Notes under the pieces: generated by a model | What the model was told of the DNA's origin: nothing | Databases searched by the model: none | Seen by the model: the letters and a program-made list of their open reading frames with translations, nothing else | Made by a program: the position numbers and the translations under genes | NCBI GenBank assembly: GCA_045587865.1 | Contig: JAZNDD010000180.1 | Coordinates: 6,353 to 70,352 of the forward strand | Direction of reading: 5' to 3' | Length of the DNA stretch: 64,000 nt | From: Faecousia sp. | GTDB taxonomy: Bacteria; Bacillota; Clostridia; Oscillospirales; Oscillospiraceae | Shown here: in pieces, positions 36,579 through 46,754 of the stretch | How the letters are laid out: each line of letters begins with the position of its first letter | Position numbering within the stretch: the stretch's first letter is position 1

Positions 36579-39500
36579 CTACTTAATTGACACAAAACGA
36601 TTTAACCGGAAGAAATATAGCTGTGCTGATTTTACGGGCTTTTCATAGATCCGCTCCAGCGCATCCGAATACACCCGCACCTGACTGCGGTACTGTTCTG
36701 CCACTTTGTCAATGGAATCCTCAGTAACAAAATTTGTCTTATAATCAATTGCGGTAATCCCATCCGGCTCTATCAGCGCACAGTCAACAACGCCCTGCAA
36801 CAACACTTGCTCGTCTTTCATACCGGGCGCATAATTGGATCCATCGTCCAAAATAGAGAACTTAAATTCCCGGATTACATTCTGACTTGTACGCAGTTTT
36901 TCTCCCAGTTCTGTCCGGAAAAAGGAAAGGATCTGCTGAGGATTGATCAGTTTTGACTGCGCATCTGTGAGCAATCCTTGCGTTTTTAATCGTTGGATCT
37001 CATTGTAAATCCCTGTTTCATCGCAACAGCAGTCGTAACGGATATGCTGCATCAGAATATGGTGGGCATTTCCGTATTCCAGCCCTCTGTTAATTTCCTT
37101 CGCAAAGGACGGCTTTCGGAATGTCACCAAACCATGGTGCTGGGGTGTGTTTTCTGCGGCTTCCTGATCTTTCATTCTGCCCTTCAACTGGGTCGCAGTC
37201 TGTTTAGACGGAGTCTGCGTTGCCAAGATGTGAGCATATACAAAAGAAAGATCTTTTCTGAGCCTTTCAACGGTCTGTGGGGATACGCCCTCCGGTGTAA
37301 ACTCCCCTTCTGATGCCCCGGAAATCGTGTTTTCTGCCGCTACTACCTTTATCAGCCACAACGGCTCACGAAGGGATGCATAAGGCGGATGTCCACCCAA
37401 ATTAAAAAATTCTCCTGCCTCTGTTCGGCTCATTGCCGTTTGAATGACCCATTCTCCCGGACAACCGACTTCGCCGGTCAACAGTTCTTTATCGGAAATC
37501 TGGGATCGCTGTACAATATCCTGCAGATCCTCTTCTAAGTTTTTCACTGCATAAGTCATAATCAGGCGGTCCCTGGCCCGGGTCATTGCCACATACAAAA
37601 CACGCATTTCTTCACTAATGCTGTCCGTAATGGTTTTCGCAGCAATTGCCCGCTTGGCAATAGACGGATAACGAATGCGCTGTCTGTTTTCCACACAATT
37701 AAGACCAAGTCCCAGATCCCGGTCACACAACACCTGCTCGCGAACACTTTCCTGATTGAAATTGCGGGAAAGTCCACAAAGAAACACCACAGGAAATTCA
37801 AGACCCTTTGATTTATGTATACTCATAATGGATACATATCCGGGAAGTTGATTTTCCGTTTCGATTTTCAGGCCTTTTTCGCACATTACATCCAAATGCT
37901 CCAGCAGTTGACCCAGATCCCGACCTCCACCAGCATTATAGTTTGATACATATTGGCAGAAGGTTTGCAAATTCTCTGTGCGCTCCGCGCCGTCCTCCAG
38001 TGCGGAATAAAGCGTATCCAATCCGGTAAGCAGGAATATTTTCTCCAACAGTTCAGGCACATGCTTCATTCCTGCATCCATACGAAGTTGATCCAGAATA
38101 TCACAAAACTTCTTTGCCTTTGGAACACTATGCAAAGCAAAATACAGATTATGATTGCGGTCAGAACTGCGGATTGCCGCCATATCGTCAGCCGTAAAGC
38201 CGAACAAACGACTCATCAACACAGCTGCAAGGGGTATATCTTGCAAGGGATTGGCAATCACCTTCAGGATAGACCACAGCAGTGCCACCTCTTCCGTTTG
38301 CAGCAAGTCTTTACTGCCGCTGGCAATGCAGGCAATCCCCCTTCTTTCCAAGGCATAGCGAAAATAATGACCAACAGAATTATGTGCACGCAATAAAATC
38401 ACAATATCTTCCGGGCGAATCGGGCGCAGGACATTGCCGTTGCGAATCATATGAGTGCCGTCTAACAATTCCTCAATTCGTTGTGCCGCAAAATCTGCCT
38501 CCTCTGGATAGGTATCAGACTGAACCTCAATTCCATACAGTTCCACTGCCGTTTCATTCAGCGAAATATGGGCAACGCCCTCACGGAGCATTTCTTCATC
38601 CCCATACACAAGACCGCCAACCCGCTTAGACATACATTGGGAAAACACATCGTTCACTGCCTGGATCACTTCGTCTCCGGAACGGAAGTTCTTGCTAAGC
38701 AGCACCTTTCTCCCCTGTCCGCTTTTGGCGTCAATCGCAGGCACATACTCATTGTACTTTTTGATGAAGATCCCCGGATCTGCTTCCCGGAACTGATAGA
38801 TCGACTGTTTCACATCGCCAACCATAAAACAATTTTGCCGTTTAGCGGTTAATGCACCGAAAATCGCATCCTGCACTCCATTGGTATCCTGATACTCGTC
38901 AACCATAACTTCCCGGAAGCGGGAACCGATTTCTACTGCCGCAGATGTGGGGGTGGACCTGTTTTTTCCCAAAAGCAGATCCAGCATTTTATGTTCCAGA
39001 TCTCCAAAATCCAATAGACGGCGGCTGCGTTTTAACTTATCGTAAGTCTGATCAAATTTTCTGACAAGGCTCACAAGTCCTCTGGCCGCAACTGCAACAT
39101 TCTGTAAATCCGTCAGCACTTGTTTGCTGTTGTCTGTAAAACTGTCCAGGCGTTTAGCCAGTCCTTTTTTACAGGCGTTTCTTACTGCTTTGATCTGCTC
39201 ATTGAGTTCCGGATCTGTGCATTTTTTATTAAAGGAAAGTGTGCCAAATTTATAATCCTTGCGGGCAACAATTTCCTCCCAGGTGCGGCTTTCACGCAGA
39301 TAGATCAGTTGCGCTAAGTTATCCTCCAGAATGGCCAGCGGTTTTTCCATACCACCGGAAGCAACTGCTCTTTGCACACATTCTTTAAACGCCCGGATAT
39401 TCATATCCAAATATCTGTGCAGATCTTGAATCAAATACGCGCCCCAGACCGTCTGAGAAGCATCCTCAAGCCCGTTTGTATCCACAGACGAAACACACCA

Positions 39501-40085
39501 GGACAGCCATTCTTCCGGATTAAGATGGCACTTGGAACTGTGATAGACCTTCATCAGGATCTGGGGGATCTGGCGGTCATCTCTGCCCAAGCCCTGGGTA
39601 TCCACAAAAGCACGAAAATCTGCGTCCTGATCTGCCTGCTCATAGGCTTCATCCAGCATCTGTTCCATCGCCTGGATTTGCAGTTGCATACATTCTTTTT
39701 CGTCTCCCACACGAAAATCTGTGGAAAGATCCAGGCGATATGCGTACTCTCGCAATACATCTGCACAGAAAGAATGGACTGTTGAGATCTTCGCCAGATA
39801 CAGGCGCTGGATCTGTTGATGCAAATGGCGGTTATTGGGTTGCTGGGCGATTTTTTCCGTCAGTTTTGCAGCAATCTTACCCCGCAATTCCGCCGCTGCA
39901 GCCTTTGTAAATGTAATAATCAGAAATTCATCCAGATTGGCAGGATCATTGGGATCCATAACATAACTAAGTAAGCGATCCACCAAAACTTTTGTTTTAC
40001 CGGAACCGGCTGCCGCAGAAACCAGGAGTTTGCCGCCCCTGTCCTCAACTGCTTGTCTTTGTTCTTTTGTTAATTCTTCAGCCAC
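36579..40085 (-). CDS. addA: ATP-dependent helicase/nuclease subunit A
   Basis: AAAGSGKT, TFTKAAA.E, VDEYQD, VGDVKQSIY.FR, MSIHKSKGLEF, YVAMTRA, C-terminal RecB-type nuclease (GVVD..DYKT). Confidence 0.96.
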   Translation of the reverse strand: MAEELTKEQRQAVEDRGGKLLVSAAAGSGKTKVLVDRLLSYVMDPNDPANLDEFLIITFTKAAAAELRGKIAAKLTEKIAQQPNNRHLHQQIQRLYLAKISTVHSFCADVLREYAYRLDLSTDFRVGDEKECMQLQIQAMEQMLDEAYEQADQDADFRAFVDTQGLGRDDRQIPQILMKVYHSSKCHLNPEEWLSWCVSSVDTNGLEDASQTVWGAYLIQDLHRYLDMNIRAFKECVQRAVASGGMEKPLAILEDNLAQLIYLRESRTWEEIVARKDYKFGTLSFNKKCTDPELNEQIKAVRNACKKGLAKRLDSFTDNSKQVLTDLQNVAVAARGLVSLVRKFDQTYDKLKRSRRLLDFGDLEHKMLDLLLGKNRSTPTSAAVEIGSRFREVMVDEYQDTNGVQDAIFGALTAKRQNCFMVGDVKQSIYQFREADPGIFIKKYNEYVPAIDAKSGQGRKVLLSKNFRSGDEVIQAVNDVFSQCMSKRVGGLVYGDEEMLREGVAHISLNETAVELYGIEVQSDTYPEEADFAAQRIEELLDGTHMIRNGNVLRPIRPEDIVILLRAHNSVGHYFRYALERRGIACIASGSKDLLQTEEVALLWSILKVIANPLQDIPLAAVLMSRLFGFTADDMAAIRSSDRNHNLYFALHSVPKAKKFCDILDQLRMDAGMKHVPELLEKIFLLTGLDTLYSALEDGAERTENLQTFCQYVSNYNAGGGRDLGQLLEHLDVMCEKGLKIETENQLPGYVSIMSIHKSKGLEFPVVFLCGLSRNFNQESVREQVLCDRDLGLGLNCVENRQRIRYPSIAKRAIAAKTITDSISEEMRVLYVAMTRARDRLIMTYAVKNLEEDLQDIVQRSQISDKELLTGEVGCPGEWVIQTAMSRTEAGEFFNLGGHPPYASLREPLWLIKVVAAENTISGASEGEFTPEGVSPQTVERLRKDLSFVYAHILATQTPSKQTATQLKGRMKDQEAAENTPQHHGLVTFRKPSFAKEINRGLEYGNAHHILMQHIRYDCCCDETGIYNEIQRLKTQGLLTDAQSKLINPQQILSFFRTELGEKLRTSQNVIREFKFSILDDGSNYAPGMKDEQVLLQGVVDCALIEPDGITAIDYKTNFVTEDSIDKVAEQYRSQVRVYSDALERIYEKPVKSAQLYFFRLNRFVSIK

Positions 40086-43000
40086 GGTCGCTCATCTCCT
40101 TTTCCACTTCCTTCCAGAACCAGTCTGCGGTCATTGCTTTATAATTTCTCCGCCCATCCACTTCATTCTTATGGCAAACTTCTCCAAAGGGGCAGAACGT
40201 ACAGGCATTATGACTGCTTCCCCTTGTATATGGATTTGGTTTGACTGCACCGGATGCGATCTCATCAACCATTTTTCCAAGGAGACGGAACAAATACGCC
40301 TTTAACTGGGCAAACTGTTCCCTGGATGCAATATCTCCGGAAATAACACCCTCTTTATTCCGGGAATAAGAAAGGCGTTTGGGTTTATCCCCCGGCTCCA
40401 TTGCCTGAAGCACATCTTCATCAGAAAGTAGCAGACCTTTTCGCTTCCATTCCTTTTCTCTGGCGATCTCCGCTTCTTCATCTGTCATAACGCCCTTTGC
40501 GGTAATCATTGGCACACGGGCAGGAAAATACTGCACACCGGCAGGTGTGGGAGAATCTCCCAACAAGTCTTCCCCGTTGTCCTGCAATGCAAATAAATAC
40601 AAAAGCATCTGCAGTCCCAGTCCGTTGAACACATCACAATAGTCAAAGTCTTTCTTTCCGGTTTTATAGTCAACGACCCGGAAATAATTTTGACCATCTT
40701 CCTGCCACACATCCACCCGATCCACATACCCCCGCAGTCGTGCCTGCATATCCTGACCGGATATCTCCACTGCCTGCAACTGACCGCCGTCACCGAATTT
40801 AATTTCGTAACCGATCGGCACAAACCGGGACAACTGAAGTTCCTGCCAAAGTTCCTGCACGACCATTTCCAGTTCCTGACCGTTTCTATTAAACAGGTAA
40901 CCTATGCGCTGACTGTCCAGTTCCGAAAACCGTTCCTGGGCATATTCCCGGGCGTACTTAGCTGAAATGTCCAGCGTCTGTTCCATGGAGACATTCTTAA
41001 ATCCGCCCAATTCACTTATTTCCCGACCGGTCTTTTCCAGCACTGCATGGACAAAGGAACCAAATTCTGCCGGGTCTACGGATGCACTTTTCCTCTCTTT
41101 CAGGCGCAGGCCATATTGGAGAAAATAGGAAAACCGGCACTCTGCCAATCGGTCCACCTGAGATGCAGAAAGGTAGAGCTTTGATCCATAGAGTTTTTGA
41201 ATATTCTCCCTGTCCACAGTACCAAATTCATAATTTTTCTTTTCCTGAATTTCCGTATACTGGTTCTTTAAGCCCAGATCAATGGCAGAACCTTCATCGC
41301 AGTATCCAGCAAGAAATGCGGCTGCTTCCCATTTATCTGCCCGGGCTGCACCCAGAATATGGTCGATCTGCGCTTCCCTGCCCGCCAACTGGCGCAGGCG
41401 GCGGAAAAGGAATGAAGGCTGACCGGGGGGACAAGACACTGTAATCGACTTCCTGGCGCCGCAGAACACACCGTAAATTTCTGCAAATTCTGCCTGAATA
41501 CCTTCTAAAGAACCGCCTGTCAGAGGAACGCCCATCTGACGCAGTTGAATTCGCTCCCGATCTGTCAGAACACCGGTGGTGCCGGTATAACCCGGCATAG
41601 CGCCTTCCAGCACCCCTAAAACAATCAGGTGGTCTGATTGCTGACAGCGCATTGCACTCACAGGACCTACCATTACAGAATCCAGTACCGTTGGGATCGT
41701 ACCCACATCATACTGACTCAAAAGGAGTCTTAACAGTCTTGTAAAGGTCTCCGCGTCCCAGACAGTCTGACCCAAGATATCATACATCTGTTCCAGTGCT
41801 GTCAGCAGAATTTCCCAAAGTTGACCCAAGACCTGTGCATTTTCCATTTCGCCGGATGCTTCCAGTTTTCCGGAAAGTTCAGATAACCTCTGGGCAAGAT
41901 TGATTCGATCCAGAAATGCGTATAGCGCCTGAACCTGTTGCCGTAAATCTTTGGCATCGTGGAAATCCTTCTGCAACTGACCTAACGGTGCTATTGCTAA
42001 TTCCCTGGCGCTATTGAGTTCAGCAAGGGAATGAATTGCCTCGTCTGTCCATTTACCGCCCAATTCCTCCGGATGATTTGTCCAGGGCTGAAGATAGCGG
42101 TTGCCTCTGATATTCCAGAGGATTCCATAGTTTTCCAGACGATCGCACATATCCAGCTCCAGCGGGGAAAGCATCGATTTCATATACCGAACCACATCCC
42201 GCTGCTCAAAGCCACCCAGGGCGGCATCCATTGCAGACAGCACAGTGGTAATAACCGGTCGCTCCAGAATGTTCTCTGTTCCCGACAGGTAGACTGGGAT
42301 TTTACAACGCTCAAACACTGTCCGTATCGCACTGCGGTAAGTATTCATATTGGAACAGACCACACTGATTTGACGGTAGCGAACACCACTGCGAACCAAT
42401 GACAAAATCTCATCGGCAGCGGCAACACACTCCTGATATACAGAATCGGCACTGTAAACCCGCAAAGGGATTTGTGGCTGGGGCGTAATATTCCCCTGAA
42501 ACAGCAACGAATGCACTGTTCTAACCGGTGTATTCATAGGCTCAACAGGACTTAATTCCACCGCAACACCAAAATCCTTTGCAAAACGAATTAGTTCTGC
42601 TGCAGTCTCGCCCGCTTTTTCAAATCCAGGCAGTGATGAACCGGGTGTATCGCAGTTTACACTAATGATAACATTGGGAGAATTCAGAATAAAATGCTTT
42701 AGAATTTCCGTATGCTGACGGGTAAAATCCGGAAAACCATCTATGTAAAATGTATGGTTTTCCGCAAAATCACTATCTTCCAGTTGATCTAAAAGCCAGG
42801 TCATCTGATCTCTGGGATCCCGTTTTCCCTGCAAACACAGTGCATCGTAACTTTCCAGAAGGAGTGCCAATTCTTCCAGTTTTTGGGCAAAACTACCCTC
42901 TGTTTTCTTAGAAGCAAGCATCAAATCGTCTGCAGTAATGCAACAACGCTTCCATTCATCCACTGCGTCAACAAGGCTGGTAAGAAATTCCGGTTTTGTT

Positions 43001-43332
43001 GCCACAGATGCATAGGCTTTTAACTGGCCGTGAAGATTTCTTGCCGCCGCTGCCATTGCGGCAACGCGCCCGCCATTATCCAGACAAGGCTGGATACCGC
43101 GACCAGCCGCACTCATCACTCTGCCCACCAGGCGCGAGAAGGAAAGCACTTCCGCAAAACGACTGGCAGTATCCCCCGCTGCAGCGCAAAGTCTGCGCTC
43201 CGTATCATGACTGATTAGTTCCGGAACCATTAAAATCCGCCCACCCTGCTGGCAGTGAACATCCTGTGCGATCCTATTAAGAAGTACATCACGGTTTGCC
43301 ACCCAGTCAGTGCCGTATACCAGTGTTAGCAT
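40078..43332 (-). CDS. addB: ATP-dependent helicase/nuclease subunit B
   Basis: Paired with addA; IDGF.DFT, LSAS..D...CRF, G.VDRVD, DYKTG, LQ..LY, C..C..C Fe-S staple. Confidence 0.92.
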   Translation of the reverse strand: MLTLVYGTDWVANRDVLLNRIAQDVHCQQGGRILMVPELISHDTERRLCAAAGDTASRFAEVLSFSRLVGRVMSAAGRGIQPCLDNGGRVAAMAAAARNLHGQLKAYASVATKPEFLTSLVDAVDEWKRCCITADDLMLASKKTEGSFAQKLEELALLLESYDALCLQGKRDPRDQMTWLLDQLEDSDFAENHTFYIDGFPDFTRQHTEILKHFILNSPNVIISVNCDTPGSSLPGFEKAGETAAELIRFAKDFGVAVELSPVEPMNTPVRTVHSLLFQGNITPQPQIPLRVYSADSVYQECVAAADEILSLVRSGVRYRQISVVCSNMNTYRSAIRTVFERCKIPVYLSGTENILERPVITTVLSAMDAALGGFEQRDVVRYMKSMLSPLELDMCDRLENYGILWNIRGNRYLQPWTNHPEELGGKWTDEAIHSLAELNSARELAIAPLGQLQKDFHDAKDLRQQVQALYAFLDRINLAQRLSELSGKLEASGEMENAQVLGQLWEILLTALEQMYDILGQTVWDAETFTRLLRLLLSQYDVGTIPTVLDSVMVGPVSAMRCQQSDHLIVLGVLEGAMPGYTGTTGVLTDRERIQLRQMGVPLTGGSLEGIQAEFAEIYGVFCGARKSITVSCPPGQPSFLFRRLRQLAGREAQIDHILGAARADKWEAAAFLAGYCDEGSAIDLGLKNQYTEIQEKKNYEFGTVDRENIQKLYGSKLYLSASQVDRLAECRFSYFLQYGLRLKERKSASVDPAEFGSFVHAVLEKTGREISELGGFKNVSMEQTLDISAKYAREYAQERFSELDSQRIGYLFNRNGQELEMVVQELWQELQLSRFVPIGYEIKFGDGGQLQAVEISGQDMQARLRGYVDRVDVWQEDGQNYFRVVDYKTGKKDFDYCDVFNGLGLQMLLYLFALQDNGEDLLGDSPTPAGVQYFPARVPMITAKGVMTDEEAEIAREKEWKRKGLLLSDEDVLQAMEPGDKPKRLSYSRNKEGVISGDIASREQFAQLKAYLFRLLGKMVDEIASGAVKPNPYTRGSSHNACTFCPFGEVCHKNEVDGRRNYKAMTADWFWKEVEKEMSDRG

Positions 43333-43396
43333 TTGTGTTCCTCCTGTGTTTCTTTCTGCTTCTTATACTAACACAGATTCTGTCCGAAAAACAGGT

Positions 43397-44002
43397 CTAT
43401 TGAAAAATTTTTTCTACTTTACCAATCAAATCCAGAAAGAAGAAACGAACCTGGTATTCTTTTTCCTCTGCAAGGGTATTTACCAGTGGATCCGAAAATC
43501 CGGAAGATACTGCAGTATCAGAAAATTCATCTGTTGTGGCAGGCATACAAAGAGTTGGAAATGCAACGCACCACCAATTCTTCCCTTCCCCTGCGCCGAT
43601 CTGGACCCGAAGGGAATCATAAACACCGGAAGGCAGTGAAAATGTATCATACTCCCGCTTGTCAAATTCTTCCCGCGTCAATTTTACGGTTGCAGTTACT
43701 TTTTGACCCAGATCTTTTAATACCTGATTTGCCTTATCTTCCAGATTGTGGAGATTTTCGCTGATATACTGCCAGGCATCTTCTTTGTTCGTAATTTTCT
43801 CCATTGCAGGCTCTAAATAGGATACAATGGCATCCTTGACTTTCAGTTTGACCTCCTGGTCTTCCTGAGAGTCAGAGTTTGCCACAATATGCATACGGAT
43901 CAAGTTGTTCTTCAGTTGTGCATTGTCCGACAATAGACCTGTGGAATAGATCAGAAAATATGCAATTGCGGCAATGCAGCCCCATTTCAGGATTTTTCTC
44001 AT
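43397..44002 (-). CDS. spoIIR: Stage II sporulation protein R
   Basis: IRMHIVANSDS..DQ.VKLKVKD, LPSG.Y.SL...IG.G.GKNWWCV.FP.LC; promoter GTATA-N18-CATACTG at 44032-44061. Confidence 0.95.
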   Translation of the reverse strand: MRKILKWGCIAAIAYFLIYSTGLLSDNAQLKNNLIRMHIVANSDSQEDQEVKLKVKDAIVSYLEPAMEKITNKEDAWQYISENLHNLEDKANQVLKDLGQKVTATVKLTREEFDKREYDTFSLPSGVYDSLRVQIGAGEGKNWWCVAFPTLCMPATTDEFSDTAVSSGFSDPLVNTLAEEKEYQVRFFFLDLIGKVEKIFQ

Positions 44003-44055
44003 AAAAAACACCGTCCTTACTGAACTACTATCAGTATGGACGGTATTTGGCATAT

Positions 44056-44913
44056 TTATACAGGCTTTGCAATAAATACATCCGGATAGTTATCCTTGAG
44101 CATACTACAAATGACCGCTGCAAATTCAAAGTCCGGCACTATGGCAAACACCGCAGAACCAGATCCCGTCATTTGGTAGGCCACTGCACCATAACTATTG
44201 AAAATTGATTTAATATAGTTTAGTTCCAGATGTTCTTCCGTTACCACCGGATCGAAAACATTGAAAATGTTTTCTGCAATTTTTCCCAGATCTCCGGCAA
44301 GCAAAGCGCTTTCCATTGCCTGGTGATCCGGTCTTTTTGCAATCTGCGTCTGATCTAACTTCCGGTACAGTTCCGGTGTGGAAGAAGAAAAATTCGGCTT
44401 GCAAACCACAAAACAGCAATCCGGCAAGTCCGGCAGTTTTCGAAGTCGTTCTCCCCTGCCTTCTGCCATCGCAGTGCCGCAAAGCGTGCAGAAAGGCACA
44501 TCGCTACCCACCAGAGCGCCCAATTCTGCCAATGCCATAATGGATAAAGGTTCACCGTAATGGCGGTTTAATGCCCGCAGAACGGCTGCAGCATCGGCAC
44601 TGCCACCGCCCAAGCCCGCCTCTGAGGGAATTCTTTTTGTGATCCGGATCTCCAGTCCGTTGGGGTCTTTTTTGACGGTGTCAAAAAAAACCTTCGCTGC
44701 TTTCCAGGCAAGATTTCGCTCATCTGTAGGTATGCCTTCTTTATCACAACGCAGTACCCAGGGTTTGCCTGTATCCAGATCGATTTCAATATCATCACGG
44801 ATAGAAATTGTTTGCATAACGCTTTTCAGATCGTGATATCCGTCCGGGCGTTTGCCCAGCACATCCAGCGTCAAATTAACCTTTGCATAGGCACCTTCAT
44901 ATAGTGTAACCAT
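44056..44913 (-). CDS. ispE: 4-diphosphocytidyl-2C-methyl-D-erythritol kinase
   Basis: AKVNLTLDV...RPDGYH, KRIP..AGLGGGSADAA, GSDVPF, MTGSGS. Confidence 0.96.
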   Translation of the reverse strand: MVTLYEGAYAKVNLTLDVLGKRPDGYHDLKSVMQTISIRDDIEIDLDTGKPWVLRCDKEGIPTDERNLAWKAAKVFFDTVKKDPNGLEIRITKRIPSEAGLGGGSADAAAVLRALNRHYGEPLSIMALAELGALVGSDVPFCTLCGTAMAEGRGERLRKLPDLPDCCFVVCKPNFSSSTPELYRKLDQTQIAKRPDHQAMESALLAGDLGKIAENIFNVFDPVVTEEHLELNYIKSIFNSYGAVAYQMTGSGSAVFAIVPDFEFAAVICSMLKDNYPDVFIAKPV

Positions 44914-44987
44914 TATTTTTTCCTTCCGGTATTTATTATTAGTTTAAATTATTATAACGAATGATGGCTGTTTTTGCAACCTGCAAT

Positions 44988-45016
44988 GTATATTTCTTCT
45001 TCAAGCAGACATACTA
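44988..45016 (+). promoter_or_regulatory. sigG/sigF-type promoter of the DUF378 gene
   Basis: GTATA-N17-CATACTA. Confidence 0.65.
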
Positions 45017-45090
45017 GCAATATCCAGTAAACGGTGAACATACACGCATGGATCGTGTATTGTTTATCGGCATTTTATGGAGGTGTAATT

Positions 45091-45300
45091 ATGGACACAT
45101 TGGCACTCATTCTCTCGATCATTGGCTCAATCAACTGGGGTCTTGTGGGTATTTTCCAATTTGATCTGGTGGCGTGGATCTTTGGCGGACAGGACGCAGT
45201 AATCAGCCGAATCATCTATTCAGTGATTGCACTGGCAGGTCTGTGGTGTATCAGTCTGCTGTTTCGCAAAAAGAACGACTGCTGTATCGACAGCGAATAA
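45091..45300 (+). CDS. DUF378-family small membrane protein
   Basis: IIGSINWGLVGIFQFDLVA.IFG...SRIIY; terminator hairpin at 45307-45339. Confidence 0.9.
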   Translation: MDTLALILSIIGSINWGLVGIFQFDLVAWIFGGQDAVISRIIYSVIALAGLWCISLLFRKKNDCCIDSE

Positions 45301-45348
45301 GCAACGCAGCGGCAGAACCACGGAAAGGTTCTGCCGCTGTTATGTTAC

Positions 45349-46608
45349 TTAAGGAACACGAACAATGCAGGTATAGGTTTGTCCATTATAGGTAGCCGTG
45401 ACTTTTACGGTACCGGATTTCAGGGCAGTGACTGTACCGTTGGAAACCGAACACACAGAACTGTCACTAACAGACCATATCGCACCAGAGACTGCCTTAT
45501 CATTTTCGTCCACAAGACTCAAAGTAAATCCATCTCCCACAGGCAGTGTTACATCCGAAGCATTTCCTCCGAACAAGTTCTTCAGGTGATAGTTACCGCT
45601 GGTAGATGAATTTCCTCCATCTTCAGAGGTGCCGCCACCGTCTTCGTATACACCACCGCTACCGCTGACACCGGAGTCACCGGATGTTTCAAAATCGCAA
45701 CGAATGATACAACTGACCTTCTGCTCCTTATACTCACCGTAGACGGTTGTCGTACCGCCACCTACAGCCGTTACCTTGCCGTTTTCAATAGTCGCAACAG
45801 ATTCATTATCGGAAGACCATTTGATCTGTGTGGGGCTGAGGCTTCCGCTATAGATCATCCAGGTGTCTCCCTTATTGCCAAATGTAATATCCTTCCGGTT
45901 GAGTACAAATTCTTCCTCAGGGACTGTGGTTTCTTCCGGAACGGTTGTTTCCTCCGTTGGCAGGTTAAATGTACATTCTACCGTACAAACAACCGTTTTT
46001 TCACCGCAGGTAACTGTCACGATTGCCTGGCCGGGACCTACTGCGGTTACTTTGCCCTTTGCATCCACCTTTGCAACGGTTTCATCACTGCTGGTAAATG
46101 TGACCGGATCGGTCGTATTTGCAGGATTTGTCTGGGCAGCGATCATCCAGGCCGCGCCTTCTTTATCCAATGTGATCAGATCGGCTTCCAATTTCAGGGA
46201 ACTACAAGGTATGCGAACTGGCTGTGTATCTATCACAGACTGTGCAGGAGCGGTGTTTTGGGGATTTGTTTCATTCGTATTTCCCCCAGTCGGCAACAAC
46301 AAGCGAATGAGAATATAAGCAACAACAGCAACAATTGCCAAAAACAGAATAATTGCTGTGATTACCAATCCTCTGTTGCTGTTCTTATCGTCATTGCCAC
46401 CAACAGCAACCTGTGCGCCGCCGCGCTTTTTTACATTGGATTTTGAAAAACGACCGCCCTTTACATAAGTATAGCCACCATTATCATTTCCCTTTTGATT
46501 GCCGGAAACACTATGTGCATTACCGGGGCGCACACATCCGCAAATGGGACATTGCACTGTAGTGTCCGGATAAGATGTACCGCAAACCTCACAAATAATC
46601 TTACTCAT
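45349..46608 (-). CDS. Membrane protein: N-terminal zinc ribbon, one TM, Thr/Pro linker, extracellular Ig-like (Big_2) repeats
   Basis: C..C..C..C at the N-terminus; three W/F.SSD..VA.V..G.VTA..G...V motifs. Confidence 0.85.
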   Translation of the reverse strand: MSKIICEVCGTSYPDTTVQCPICGCVRPGNAHSVSGNQKGNDNGGYTYVKGGRFSKSNVKKRGGAQVAVGGNDDKNSNRGLVITAIILFLAIVAVVAYILIRLLLPTGGNTNETNPQNTAPAQSVIDTQPVRIPCSSLKLEADLITLDKEGAAWMIAAQTNPANTTDPVTFTSSDETVAKVDAKGKVTAVGPGQAIVTVTCGEKTVVCTVECTFNLPTEETTVPEETTVPEEEFVLNRKDITFGNKGDTWMIYSGSLSPTQIKWSSDNESVATIENGKVTAVGGGTTTVYGEYKEQKVSCIIRCDFETSGDSGVSGSGGVYEDGGGTSEDGGNSSTSGNYHLKNLFGGNASDVTLPVGDGFTLSLVDENDKAVSGAIWSVSDSSVCSVSNGTVTALKSGTVKVTATYNGQTYTCIVRVP

Positions 46609-46754
46609 ATTGCCCTCCTGTCCGGTATGGAACATTGAACCACACCTTTTTGCTAATTATAGCATTTTCTGATGAATAAAACAACCATAAAGATGTTGCT
46701 TTTTTTGAAAATATATTTTATGATATATAGGAATGTAAAAAGGAGGCGATTTGT

